Numbered from the stretch's first letter, positions 21,723 through 32,032 are shown. The stretch is 64,000 bases of DNA from Oligoflexia bacterium (GCA_963758495.1 CAVWVI010000003.1:352001-416000); one strand, 5' to 3'. The notes: generated from the letters alone by a model not told the origin. Numbers and translations are program-made.

Positions 21723-23366
21723 CTAGAGCCGACAGCCGACACCTAAACCCATAACGCTTTTGGAATAAGCATAGTTTTGTAAATCGAGCGATATGTTTTT
21801 TGTATATGAATAATTTAAATTAATATATAAATTGTTACTCAAACTTCTCGTTAAGAGTATAGATGGATTAATTGTTTTTTCATAACCCCGTGTTGCAAAT
21901 TGATTCATTGTATTCACAAACATAAAATCAAAAATAAAGCTGAAATCAATTTTCTCCACCCACACAGGCAGATTTAAAGAGGTGGTAAGTCTGTAATCTA
22001 TTCGATCCCAATAGTCATCTCTGGCTCGATTATAATCAGAAGACAAGGTAACGCTGAGTCCATTCATTCTCCCGACTTTGAAATTCTGGGTTAAGGTAAT
22101 TGCAGGATTTAATGCATTTTGTCCTACATCTTCATTAGAATAGAGCTTCATGTTGACGCTAAGGATTGTACTTCCTACTTTAAAAAATGAGACGCGCTCA
22201 CCCAAAGTAAAATTATAAAATCGACTATAGAATGGAAGACTATGATCTTGCTGCCAGTCCCGCAGCAAGAGATTAAACTCCATATCAAAATTCATCGCGG
22301 CAGGTGCATTAGAATAAACATGTTCTAAGCGTGTTCGAATCGCTGATGTAATTGATAAATTATCATTTTGAAATACTAATGGTTCCTCTTGATTAAAGTA
22401 CTTCATATAAGCCATATCTATTTCTGGAGCAAGAGCCCATCTTCGATCTAATACATATTCATACTTACTATAAACTTCCGTTTTCGATAACCCAGATCCT
22501 GTATTGCTTATTTGAAGAAGTGATTGATCAGCTTTCGTTAGAACATTTGTATCATATTTAATATCTTGAGAAGATTTAATGTACCAACGATTAATTGCCA
22601 TGGGTACTCCATTGTGAAATTTTGAGATCTCGTCTGCACCCATTTGTTTTTTCAAATTAGAGAGAATCTGTCTCGCTTGCTCCGCTATGGGAGTAAATCG
22701 ATCATAGTCAATAACCTTGCTCAATGCTGGAAATACTTTCTTTTTTAATTTTAATTTTTTTTTATCTAAATCTATTTCCTTCTCTATCAAAGCGACTTCC
22801 ATTTCTGAAATTTGAAATAAGGCAGCTTGCTTCACGTTTTCAGGATCATCTTGAAACCCTTGAATACTTTGGTAAGCATTGGCTGCCGTCGTATAATCTT
22901 CAAGGATTTGACTGATAAATCCCACATAATAAGTAGACGCGCCTTTTTTATAACCTTGCGCTGCTGACTTTTTAAATGCTTCCCGCGCGGACTTTAATTG
23001 CTGATTCGCATAAAGAGCCTGTCCCATTTCATACTGTAAATCATTATATTTAGCTCCGAGTTTCACTGCTCCTTGAAATGCCGGAATCGCCTGGGCATAG
23101 GCAAGCATGTGATTATAACACAAACCTTTCCAATAAAGGAGCAAAGCTCGATCACTGGAATGGATAGCATTTATCTTATTGAGAGCATCAACAGCTTCTG
23201 AATAGGCACCTTTATTATAAATAGGATAAATTTGAAGCATCTCTTTTTTTATATCAATCCCGCTATTAGCAATATCAGCATTCGCACGTAACAAAAAGGA
23301 ATCTGAAAATTGACTTGTCGCAATAAAAACAAATCCGACGGCAACCCTAAGATGCTTCATCATCAA
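21723..23366 (-). CDS. TPR plus C-terminal beta-barrel outer-membrane protein (Slam/DUF560-like architecture)
   Basis: Signal peptide, helical TPR-like repeats, then YDTNV and alternating strands to the C-terminus. Confidence 0.65.
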   Translation of the reverse strand: MMMKHLRVAVGFVFIATSQFSDSFLLRANADIANSGIDIKKEMLQIYPIYNKGAYSEAVDALNKINAIHSSDRALLLYWKGLCYNHMLAYAQAIPAFQGAVKLGAKYNDLQYEMGQALYANQQLKSAREAFKKSAAQGYKKGASTYYVGFISQILEDYTTAANAYQSIQGFQDDPENVKQAALFQISEMEVALIEKEIDLDKKKLKLKKKVFPALSKVIDYDRFTPIAEQARQILSNLKKQMGADEISKFHNGVPMAINRWYIKSSQDIKYDTNVLTKADQSLLQISNTGSGLSKTEVYSKYEYVLDRRWALAPEIDMAYMKYFNQEEPLVFQNDNLSITSAIRTRLEHVYSNAPAAMNFDMEFNLLLRDWQQDHSLPFYSRFYNFTLGERVSFFKVGSTILSVNMKLYSNEDVGQNALNPAITLTQNFKVGRMNGLSVTLSSDYNRARDDYWDRIDYRLTTSLNLPVWVEKIDFSFIFDFMFVNTMNQFATRGYEKTINPSILLTRSLSNNLYINLNYSYTKNISLDLQNYAYSKSVMGLGVGCRL

Positions 23367-23429
23367 ATATGTTGGCCTTTCATCACCTAAATATTTATGG
23401 AAAAACTATCTCTCTTTCATTGAGTATAA

Positions 23430-25052
23430 CTAATTACCAACGGTAATCCTTAAATTTATGTTTGTCGAGGTTGGCGCTATGGGTGTCACCGGTGGGGACG
23501 GAGGATTTGAGCAAGTTAAACAGCTAGGATCAGTATTTACTGGATATAAAGGGACTTCAACAGAGGCTGTCGATGGAATTAAAAGAGTAGGTGGAACCAC
23601 ATTAGGAGGTGGGGGTGAAATAAACTGATTGGCAATCCCTAAACTGGAGACAGAGGTAGTACTTAACCCCGTAGTGGAATTTCCATTTGCTCCAGAAAGA
23701 TCACCATTCTCTGAAATGCTTGCAGTAATCGGAGATCCTCCCATGACTCCATAAGCTCCTGCACTTCCATTCGTTGAACTTGACGAAGTATCAGAAGATG
23801 CAGGAAGCCCCGGAAAAGCTACCACAACTACATTGGGTGCCTTTGAGTTTGCTGAGATACCTGTATTTTGGCCTGAGCCTGAACTGGGAGTAGTATTAGC
23901 CGAAGCTACCGCCACCGAAACAAAACCTAACTTGGGATCAAGTTTAAAATCGGAAGGTGGAACATAGGATCCAGTATTTGCATCAAATTTTCCTAGAGAT
24001 ACGGGAGGAACATACACTCCCGTATTAGGATCAAATACGCTTCCGGAAGGTGGCGCTAGGTACAACCCTGTTTTAGTATCCAAAAAGCCACCTGCAGGGG
24101 GTGCGTAGGCCCCTGTCTTCTGATTATAGACCCCTTCCGGAGGAGGCAATGCAGGTTGTACAAATCCACCGACTCCATTTCCTAACGCTCCAACAGAGAT
24201 CGCCTTCCCCAGCGCTGAAGCCAACTGTTTATCCAAGCCTGAATTTGACCCCGCAAATACTTTGGCATCCATACCCGGTGGAATAATAGAATTGAAATGA
24301 GGAGTTGTGGTTAACTTTGAGTTCCCTTGCGAAACCGATGATCCTGAGTTCTGATTAGCTGCTGTGGGATCGGATTTTTTCATTGTTTCAAATTGAGCAG
24401 GCGAAATTTTTGTAGGTAAAGTCACCTGAGGCAAGGTCGGACTCACGGTAGAAAATCGACCTTCCGTTACCACGACCGCTTTTTCACTCGTTAAGAGTGG
24501 CACTAAATTGACGGTCTGTCGAAAAGAATCGGATGGGTTAGGATCAATTTTTAACATAGCAACTGCGCCTTCAAACGTTACCAAAGAGGTCACCTGATTT
24601 TCGGAATTGTAAATGACCTCAAAATCAGTCCCTCGAACTCCCATAACCGCGGACTTTGTTCTCAAAATAAATTTTACCTTCTTCGATGGAGTGCTATTTG
24701 ATAAAAAGTCCTTAATTACTTTTGAACGCACATAACCGTTGGTCACACTTACATTCGAAATGGAATTTATCTTAACGTCATCTAAATGCATGCTCGAATC
24801 CGGCCCCAAAGACAAAGCTGTTTGGTCTAGTAACATAAATTTCACAGAACTCTTCGGCCCCGTACTCACGACAGCTCCTTCTAATATCAAGTCACCTTCA
24901 TGTAATTTTATTTCGTCCACTCCGAGTATTTGCTTCACATCCCCCTTTAAGATAATCACTTTTCCTATACTCTGCGCTCCACATACTGAAAAAGTCCAAA
25001 GTCCAGCTATCAACATAGCTGAGATGAGGTGTAACCTTCTAGTTAGCTGCAT
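23430..25052 (-). CDS. FecR-domain protein with PPxG..D..TGxY repeats and a Ser/Pro-rich tail
   Basis: G.V..LKGDV and T.SAVMGVRGTDF.V FecR motifs; five ~16-aa repeats. Confidence 0.8.
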   Translation of the reverse strand: MQLTRRLHLISAMLIAGLWTFSVCGAQSIGKVIILKGDVKQILGVDEIKLHEGDLILEGAVVSTGPKSSVKFMLLDQTALSLGPDSSMHLDDVKINSISNVSVTNGYVRSKVIKDFLSNSTPSKKVKFILRTKSAVMGVRGTDFEVIYNSENQVTSLVTFEGAVAMLKIDPNPSDSFRQTVNLVPLLTSEKAVVVTEGRFSTVSPTLPQVTLPTKISPAQFETMKKSDPTAANQNSGSSVSQGNSKLTTTPHFNSIIPPGMDAKVFAGSNSGLDKQLASALGKAISVGALGNGVGGFVQPALPPPEGVYNQKTGAYAPPAGGFLDTKTGLYLAPPSGSVFDPNTGVYVPPVSLGKFDANTGSYVPPSDFKLDPKLGFVSVAVASANTTPSSGSGQNTGISANSKAPNVVVVAFPGLPASSDTSSSSTNGSAGAYGVMGGSPITASISENGDLSGANGNSTTGLSTTSVSSLGIANQFISPPPPNVVPPTLLIPSTASVEVPLYPVNTDPSCLTCSNPPSPPVTPIAPTSTNINLRITVGN

Positions 25053-26241
25053 TACTGAAATCTCCTAAGAAAACTTTGATAGCAGGCCCTGACGTCCCTG
25101 TCGGTGTAGGTGTCGGTATCGATGTAGGTAATGGCGGAATAATATTTATATTAGCGCTCTTAAGCTTTGTACTTGCACTGTACCCAAAAGCCGCCTGGGT
25201 AGTATCGAATTGATAAATCCCTAATGAGGTATCCGTACTCGTTGTCAAACCACAATCTAAGTCAGAATAACCATACGCCGTCATTTTCACAGGAAAATCA
25301 AATTGTGAATTACTATTTATTTTTATAGGAATTGCAACAGGGGTTACTACACTTTGCCCAGGATTAGGAAACGAAGCACAATAAAACAACCCCGGACTCT
25401 GGAGACTCGGTCCTTGATCACTAGCAATCACACCGGTCATCAACTCAATACGCAAACTACTCATCTGACCTGGATAGCCTGGAGACAAACTTGAGCTAGT
25501 TGCGGAACAATCAGACATATAACTTAATAGCGTACTAGGAGTAATCCTAGAGTTAAATGCATCTTTACAACTAATAAAGGCAAGGGGAAGGATTTGGTTA
25601 TTATAAATATAGGAAGAATCTAATTGAGGATCTGAAAAATAGGAGCTGATACATGGAGCATCTACTGTTGGAGCATAATTCGAGTTGGGAGTAGGAGTAG
25701 GATTTGTATTGTTACTACTATTCAAGCTTATGAGTACACTCGCATCCTGACCATTTAAAGAAATAGTTGTCCCAGTATTACTCGCAGCACTAGGATTACC
25801 ATCAACCCCAATGCCACACTTGGGAACTCCACCCGAACTCAATCCATTTAATTCATAACCAATGCTATAAACATTGTAGCTTCCGTTTGGAACGGTAAGA
25901 GTTTCACTATTGGAAATGGTACCATCAGAGTTCGAGGAAAAGCTTGAAAAAGGAATATAGTACCCTCCTAAAAAGTTTGTCCCATTCGTTCCCTTAAAAT
26001 AAACCATAACACCACCCGTCCCACTTGAAGAGGAGGTCGGAGTGGGTGATGATGTTGTCGCTGTTGTTGTTGTTGTCGCTGTTGTTGTTGAATCTTTTGA
26101 AACTGCAGTTCCTGATATAAGAGAAGACATAGATCCAATAGTGACATTCGTATTGCCACTCTGGTCTCCTCGACCATACATAGCGAATATACCGCAACCC
26201 AAGTTAAAAAAAGTGAGAAGCCAAACCAAATGGTATCTCAT
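25039..26241 (-). CDS. Ser/Thr-rich lipoprotein
   Basis: Lipobox NLGC, Thr tract, several Cys; overlaps the FecR gene start. Confidence 0.65.
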   Translation of the reverse strand: MRYHLVWLLTFFNLGCGIFAMYGRGDQSGNTNVTIGSMSSLISGTAVSKDSTTTATTTTTATTSSPTPTSSSSGTGGVMVYFKGTNGTNFLGGYYIPFSSFSSNSDGTISNSETLTVPNGSYNVYSIGYELNGLSSGGVPKCGIGVDGNPSAASNTGTTISLNGQDASVLISLNSSNNTNPTPTPNSNYAPTVDAPCISSYFSDPQLDSSYIYNNQILPLAFISCKDAFNSRITPSTLLSYMSDCSATSSSLSPGYPGQMSSLRIELMTGVIASDQGPSLQSPGLFYCASFPNPGQSVVTPVAIPIKINSNSQFDFPVKMTAYGYSDLDCGLTTSTDTSLGIYQFDTTQAAFGYSASTKLKSANINIIPPLPTSIPTPTPTGTSGPAIKVFLGDFSNAAN

Positions 26242-26449
26242 CAGAATGCCCCTCTTTCATTCCATGGCCCCTTTTATACATGTACATGTATTGAGTGTCT
26301 CAGTAATTGGACCTTATGAAATAGTATATCTCTTGGTTTAAATATAAAATAGACATTAATAAAATCTAGCCGGGTGTCAAAATCGACCCATAGCCTAAAT
26401 TGCAATAAAATCATGTCAATATATTTATTATTTTGAATTTAATACAAAT

Positions 26450-26486
26450 CTGGACTCGCACTCTGAATTCCTCAATGCGAGTCCAG
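26450..26486 (-). terminator. Hairpin, probable intrinsic terminator
   Basis: Perfect 11-bp stem CTGGACTCGCA/TGCGAGTCCAG downstream of 26543..26845. Confidence 0.55.
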
Positions 26487-26542
26487 GTGTTGAACATTTT
26501 ATAGTCTAGGTGTTGGACATTTTATTTATAATGATAAGTTAT

Positions 26543-26845
26543 TTAGCCGCCTGAACTTGTACCACTACTTCCCGAAGATGACCCAGTGCCACTAGAAGAG
26601 GTGCCCGTGCCAGTGGTGCCACCCATGGTACCGCCTGTACCTCCCGATCTGGACGAACCGCTTTGATCGGAGCCTGAAACAGACGGACTCGCCATTCCAC
26701 TCGGTGAATTACCCCCTGAAACGCCTGCTTGACCTGACGTACTACTGTCACTGCTCGTGTCAGTACCTGTTTGTGCTGCAGCGGTAAGTGAAAAAAATGC
26801 GACAAAACCGAGAACTGTTAAATAAGATAATTTGCGTTTGAACAT
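26543..26845 (-). CDS. Small secreted Gly/Ser/Thr-rich protein
   Basis: Signal peptide ending AAA-Q; low-complexity mature part. Confidence 0.6.
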   Translation of the reverse strand: MFKRKLSYLTVLGFVAFFSLTAAAQTGTDTSSDSSTSGQAGVSGGNSPSGMASPSVSGSDQSGSSRSGGTGGTMGGTTGTGTSSSGTGSSSGSSGTSSGG

Positions 26846-27039
26846 AAGTTGGCCCTTTCTATTAAATATTAAAATTATAATACTTTACTTGATTAAATCT
26901 TCAGAATGCTGCTTTCGCTTCTTGTTCACTTATACAAAAAATGATCCATTTATATGGGCATCCGTTATGCATCCGTTATGCAGTAACCTGCACTTATGTC
27001 TAAACTAATAGTCGTAGCTAAAAATTTTGGAAATGCTCT

Positions 27040-27693
27040 ATGCGAAATAGATTTTATTTAAATATAATTATGTTTACTGTCATTTTTTTTGTAAGCTGCG
27101 CATCTCAAAGATATAGTTTTATTCCTGCCGAACATCAGGCATCGGCATCTAGAATTCGAAATGAAGCAATTTACTCGATTCCAGAAAAATCTCCCACTGG
27201 AATTGTCCGCATACTTTCACTCGGAGTCAAAGAGATCGAATCTGAAAAGGGGGGTGATAAAACTCCAGCACTTCTTTTAAGAATTGCTCTTTCAAACCAT
27301 GGTGAAAATACCAATGAAATCCTTGATATTCGGGATCAGTTCGTTTCATTCTCTAATGCCGGCTCAAGTGAAGTTCTCTTTTCAAATTTCGATCATCAAC
27401 TTTTGCCCCGCCTCGAAGTCAAACCCGGTGAACTCAGAGCACTTGATCTCTACTTTAAATTACCCCCATTCATGAAGTCCGAAAGCGATATTCCAGAATT
27501 CGATTTTCACTGGAAAATTCAAATAGGACATGAAAAAATCTCGAAAGTGACTCCATTTGATCGCATCCCTATCCCAGACTATTATTACGGTCCGAATTAT
27601 TATCCTCCCTATTTTTATCCTTATGGTTGGGGCTGGGGTTATGCTTTAGGTTGGAGTCCGTTTGGGTGGTCAAGTCCCTTTGCTTATCCTTAA
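27040..27693 (+). CDS. Hypothetical lipoprotein with a Tyr/Trp/Pro-rich tail
   Basis: Lipobox FVSC; C-terminal YYGP.YYPP.FYPYGWGWG. Confidence 0.6.
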   Translation: MRNRFYLNIIMFTVIFFVSCASQRYSFIPAEHQASASRIRNEAIYSIPEKSPTGIVRILSLGVKEIESEKGGDKTPALLLRIALSNHGENTNEILDIRDQFVSFSNAGSSEVLFSNFDHQLLPRLEVKPGELRALDLYFKLPPFMKSESDIPEFDFHWKIQIGHEKISKVTPFDRIPIPDYYYGPNYYPPYFYPYGWGWGYALGWSPFGWSSPFAYP

Positions 27694-29528
27694 AGAAAAC
27701 CTAAAGTTTCTTTCGCAGTCCGAAGACCTGAAGCAATTGCAGACTCTAATGAGGGAGTTCCCTCTGTATCTTGGCCAGCAAACGAAATGCAACCTACCTG
27801 TTGTCTCGCGATATGTCGTGATGATTTCTTTCGGATGAGTGTTGAAGGTATTCCGTGTTTAAAATTGAATGGAAAACCAGGCTTAGGATAAACCATTCCA
27901 TGACCCCACCGATAAATATAAATTGCGGTCACATCTCGATCAAAATCAAAATCTGCCCCTGAAAAAATACGACTTAAATCTTCCCTTAAAGAATTTTCGT
28001 AGTCTACAAACGGCGTCGTCATTAACTTCATTCTTTCTCGGGGCATCTCTTCCGGGGCGGCAGTATTGCCTCCATAAAAGGTCAGTACTGTAGGTCGATT
28101 CCGGTCCATACGATTTGGACTCATCCAATCTGCAGTCACAAAATCAGCCCAATACTTACTCCCCCACCAGTATTGGTTATAACCCAGTCCAAGATCTACA
28201 AGAGGCGCAGCTCGGCGTATACTCACATTAGCTACTACGACCGGCACCAAGGTTGTTTCTCTCCATGCTTTCTTAGTAGAATCGTCCACCAGATGACTCA
28301 CAAGATGTTGGGCAGAATGTGCTTGAGTTGCGACGATCACTGCTTTTGCAGAAGTTTTATAAAACTTTCCATTATGAAAATAAGTGATACTTGCCCCTTC
28401 AACGGTTTTATCGATTCGTAAAGCAATCGCCCCTTGACGCATTCGAACTCGATTGAGAGAAGAATCGAGAGATTCTTCACTAGGAATAAGCCACTTTAAA
28501 AACTGCCTTGAAATACCTGCGTTTCCCCCCGGCATCGCAAATAAAGAATGGTATTCTGCTCCAAGAAAGCTAATTGCTGAGTGAGCATTGACCTGAGTGC
28601 TGGTACCAGCCAATGCGTCAATTGAAAAGCGGGTATAAAAATCAGAAACTGCTGGATGAAAATGTTTTTGTTGAACTAAGTAGTCATGAAGAGTTTTCTG
28701 AGCTAGATAATCATACTTTGGATCACTTTGATCAGCCGGATCCGTAGGGGCTCCTTCACAACGGTACCAATCTATAAAATCCTGTCGTGCTTTTTTTAGA
28801 TCTAAAATCACTTCAGGTGGATAAGGTAAACTATCCAGCCCTTTCCCATAAACATCACTTGCCCAACGACGAGTTCCTGGAATCACAAAGGGTGTCTGAT
28901 CATCAAAAAAATAATTATAAAAAGGACTCGGTATGATATGGGACTCCCAATTCACGCCAGTTTCACGATAGATTTCCTTTAAAAAATCTGCATAAGGTGC
29001 AACACCATATGCACCTCCCGTAGAAGCCAATACTGGAATTGGGCTAAGGCCATCACTTGATGCATTGCCTCCATAAACTAAATTTGCATCCAAAAAAAGA
29101 ATTCGAGTTTGAAGACGCTCTCGACTCAAATAAAATGCGGCAGCAAGTCCTGAAATTCCAGACCCAATAATTACGACTTCACTCCCAGTCAAATCCTCCA
29201 CAAGAGGAAATACCCCCTGTGCTGCATCTATCGGAGAAGACGCTAAAGAAACGCTATTTTTACCAAAAGTTAATCGCTGATCCCGTAACCAATGAGCTAC
29301 TGAAAAAGCTGAAGGTAAATTCCCACTTCGCAAGGCCCGCGGATCATCTTGAATCCCACCATGAACCCGCCACCCTGAGTTTTCTGAGTCCCTCTGAAGC
29401 GAAGATAAAGAAGGGCTCAAGTGAAGTTGTGCACATCCACCTACTATCGATCCTCCCGCAGCAATCATAACGCCATTCAAAAAATCTCGTCTGCTGATTT
29501 TCCGGCTAAAAAATGAATCTGCACTCAT
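27690..29528 (-). CDS. Tat-exported FAD-dependent amine oxidoreductase (spermidine dehydrogenase-like)
   Basis: SRRDFL Tat motif, IIGSGISGL dinucleotide fold and RWGHG. GGAGG RBS before the ATG at 29528. Confidence 0.8.
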   Translation of the reverse strand: MSADSFFSRKISRRDFLNGVMIAAGGSIVGGCAQLHLSPSLSSLQRDSENSGWRVHGGIQDDPRALRSGNLPSAFSVAHWLRDQRLTFGKNSVSLASSPIDAAQGVFPLVEDLTGSEVVIIGSGISGLAAAFYLSRERLQTRILFLDANLVYGGNASSDGLSPIPVLASTGGAYGVAPYADFLKEIYRETGVNWESHIIPSPFYNYFFDDQTPFVIPGTRRWASDVYGKGLDSLPYPPEVILDLKKARQDFIDWYRCEGAPTDPADQSDPKYDYLAQKTLHDYLVQQKHFHPAVSDFYTRFSIDALAGTSTQVNAHSAISFLGAEYHSLFAMPGGNAGISRQFLKWLIPSEESLDSSLNRVRMRQGAIALRIDKTVEGASITYFHNGKFYKTSAKAVIVATQAHSAQHLVSHLVDDSTKKAWRETTLVPVVVANVSIRRAAPLVDLGLGYNQYWWGSKYWADFVTADWMSPNRMDRNRPTVLTFYGGNTAAPEEMPRERMKLMTTPFVDYENSLREDLSRIFSGADFDFDRDVTAIYIYRWGHGMVYPKPGFPFNFKHGIPSTLIRKKSSRHIARQQVGCISFAGQDTEGTPSLESAIASGLRTAKETLGFL

Positions 29529-29571
29529 TTTCCTTGTCCTCCCATTTTTTCTATAGGTTAGAATCATATTT

Positions 29572-30570
29572 ATGTGGATTGCAAAGCCTATCTTCAACTT
29601 AACAGAAAATGAAAAAGCTGCTTGGCAACAAATTGAATTCAACTTACCGCTTGCACAGACTCTCAATTGGGCACGCGCTATCGAGGCCGTCTCTGGAAAA
29701 GCCTTTCTTGTTTTTAGTCCTGATGAAAAAGTGGGAGGGGTTGTTTTCAGTTCTCCTAACCACTCCCATTTCAAAAGTAAACTTCAGTTTGAATGTATCA
29801 ATGGTCCTTGGTTACATTGGGATGAGCCAAATTCCATACCTCGTCAACTAGCAACTTTTGCTACAGCTGTTTCAAAAATCAATTCAAATTTTGAGTCTCT
29901 GAGTCTTAAACCAAGATGGGAACGAGGCCAGATGCAACGCCGACTTAGCCTTCTCCCTATCCCCACCTTCAACCACACTCAAGCCGCTACTTGGATCGTT
30001 CCAGTTAAAACGTCCCCACTAGAGCAATTTCAATCTCTGAGCCACCGAATGCAAAGAACTCTTTCATTAGCAAAGAGAAATCAAGTTTTAACCCAATGGG
30101 ACGTTCTCACTCCAACCCAATTAAATCACTTTGTTCCAGCAATGAGACATTTTGGAGAAACGCATGGATTCACGGTTCCTCCCCTTTCTTGGTTTCAGGC
30201 ATTAATTCAAGAATCGGCCCCCTCCACTTCCCACTCTCCCTCATTTTGGCTTATTTCTGCCAGGAAAGAAGGGCATAACCAACTCGAATCATTTACACAA
30301 ATTATCGTTTGCAAGAGGGGAAACCGAGCTCACTATCTGTTCGGATATGAAACTCGAGTTCCCGAATTACGCTCAGCCATCAGCACCTCTGCCGTCGCTC
30401 ATTGGGAAGCGTTGATTCAGTGCATATCATTCGGAGTTCAAGAATATGACCTCAATGGTTATTTAATAAAGAGAGATCCCCATCATCCTTATACCGGTGT
30501 TTGCAATTTCAAAGAACAATTTTCCGGAGCTGTAATTGAATATGATGTTCCAGAGTTTTTAATTCAATAA
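29572..30570 (+). CDS. FemAB/GNAT-like protein
   Basis: Motifs PL.QTLNWA and YDLNG...GV.NFK.QFSG. Confidence 0.7.
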   Translation: MWIAKPIFNLTENEKAAWQQIEFNLPLAQTLNWARAIEAVSGKAFLVFSPDEKVGGVVFSSPNHSHFKSKLQFECINGPWLHWDEPNSIPRQLATFATAVSKINSNFESLSLKPRWERGQMQRRLSLLPIPTFNHTQAATWIVPVKTSPLEQFQSLSHRMQRTLSLAKRNQVLTQWDVLTPTQLNHFVPAMRHFGETHGFTVPPLSWFQALIQESAPSTSHSPSFWLISARKEGHNQLESFTQIIVCKRGNRAHYLFGYETRVPELRSAISTSAVAHWEALIQCISFGVQEYDLNGYLIKRDPHHPYTGVCNFKEQFSGAVIEYDVPEFLIQ

Positions 30571-30660
30571 TTCATCTTCTTCACAGCAAATGATGCAGAA
30601 CCAACCAACAATTGAATCACCTTGTTTTTCTTTCGATTTTTTTGCTAAAAAAGTTCACTC

Positions 30661-31539
30661 ATGCAGCCATTCCATAAAAATAGTTTTTCTTATGAAAATC
30701 CTCTCAAGAAAAAATTTGGTTCTCATTTCTTTCGAGGTATTACGTCGTCTGCTGGAATCTACTTCATGTTAGACAAACAAAATTCATTTCTTTATATTGG
30801 TAAGGCTAAAAACCTGAGAAATCGTATCACCCATTATTCACAAATTAAGCCAGGAAATTGTTCAGATCATATTCTTGAAATGATTGATCATGTCTGCTCT
30901 ATCCAATGGTACGAATGCTCATCTGAAAAGGAGGCTCTGACTCGTGAAAGTGAACTTCTTCACGCTTTACGTCCACCATTCAATATTGCCGGTACTGAAG
31001 TCATTCATTACTTATTTATTGGAATTAGAGAAAGAAACAGCAATCAACTCGACTTTCAATTGACCAGCCGATGCACCATTAAGAGTGAAGGATACCGTTT
31101 ATTCGGATGCTTTAAAAATAGAAAAAAAACCAAGATAGGTTATACTGCATTATTACGTCTCATTTATGCAGCTAATTTTGAAAAAGATCGCTTTAGCTAT
31201 CCTGCAAAAATAGCTCGAGTTTCACCACCCTGGCTTTACTCTATTCGTTTTCCGGAATCTTGGAAAACCGCTTTGAATCGCTTTTTAAATGGAACTCATA
31301 CAGAATTATTGCATTTCATCATTCAAAAATTACTAGAGAATGAAAATATTCCACACTTTATGCGACATTCAATCCAAGAAGACATTGAGGTTGTCAGAAC
31401 TTTTTATGACATGGGACCAAAATTTAATTATGAGTTAAAAAAGAAAAATCATCTCAATAACGAGTTTATTGATCACTCTCAAATGAACGAATTAATCGCT
31501 AAAGAAATAAACTTGTTCGACTTTTTCAAAAGCGCCTGA
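30661..31539 (+). CDS. Stand-alone GIY-YIG nuclease (UvrC N-terminal-like)
   Basis: Motifs GIYFM...LYIGKAKNLRNRI and EAL..ES.L...RPPFN. Confidence 0.85.
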   Translation: MQPFHKNSFSYENPLKKKFGSHFFRGITSSAGIYFMLDKQNSFLYIGKAKNLRNRITHYSQIKPGNCSDHILEMIDHVCSIQWYECSSEKEALTRESELLHALRPPFNIAGTEVIHYLFIGIRERNSNQLDFQLTSRCTIKSEGYRLFGCFKNRKKTKIGYTALLRLIYAANFEKDRFSYPAKIARVSPPWLYSIRFPESWKTALNRFLNGTHTELLHFIIQKLLENENIPHFMRHSIQEDIEVVRTFYDMGPKFNYELKKKNHLNNEFIDHSQMNELIAKEINLFDFFKSA

Positions 31540-31591
31540 CTGAGTAAAGATTGACTTGCTCATCCGAACTATAAGAACTACAGTCTAACTT

Positions 31592-32032
31592 ATGTCTCTT
31601 CCCATTTTAGACTATTGGCGAAAATGCACTACCTGTAAAAACCCCATCTTATTCAAACAAAAGTACTGGATCTGCAGCATTTCCACCTGCAACCGAGTGC
31701 GAACTAACCTTGTTTTTTGTAATCTCAGATGTTTTGATGCTCATATCCCTGTTCTAAATCACAAGGACGCCGGAGCTTATGAGAAAATCGCTCCTTCTCA
31801 GAAAGATCTGGAACAAAGCCAAAAAACAATTACACAAGAAACAAAACAGACAAAACCTGCTTCTGTTACAGACGAAATTCTAGTAGTGGTATCAAAAGTA
31901 AAAAGCTATATTCGATCACGTTCTGGAATGAACACTTCAGATGCTGTTATGGAAGTCCTATCAAAACATGTACGGCACCACGCTGATCTCATGATTGAAA
32001 CCGCTAAAAAAACGGGCCGGAAAATAATTTAA
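31592..32032 (+). CDS. Zinc-finger plus histone-fold protein (Bdellovibrio-type bacterial histone), C-terminus short
   Basis: N-terminal CxxC...C..C...C...C...H; C-terminal EILVVVSKVKSYIRSRSGMNTSDAVMEVLS...AKKTGRK. Confidence 0.75.
   Translation: MSLPILDYWRKCTTCKNPILFKQKYWICSISTCNRVRTNLVFCNLRCFDAHIPVLNHKDAGAYEKIAPSQKDLEQSQKTITQETKQTKPASVTDEILVVVSKVKSYIRSRSGMNTSDAVMEVLSKHVRHHADLMIETAKKTGRKII

Noticed and set aside
26053..26090. (TGT)n microsatellite and overlapping poly-Q/N/V ORFs
   Set aside because: It encodes the Thr linker of the lipoprotein; the other frames are shadows.
26959..26982. 11-bp tandem repeat CATCCGTTATG x2 with a weak sigma-54-like motif
   Set aside because: Only two copies and a poor -12 match; not enough support.
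29529..29774. Long N-terminal extension of the oxidoreductase overlapping the GNAT gene
   Set aside because: The Tat signal and GGAGG RBS place the start at 29528, which removes the overlap.
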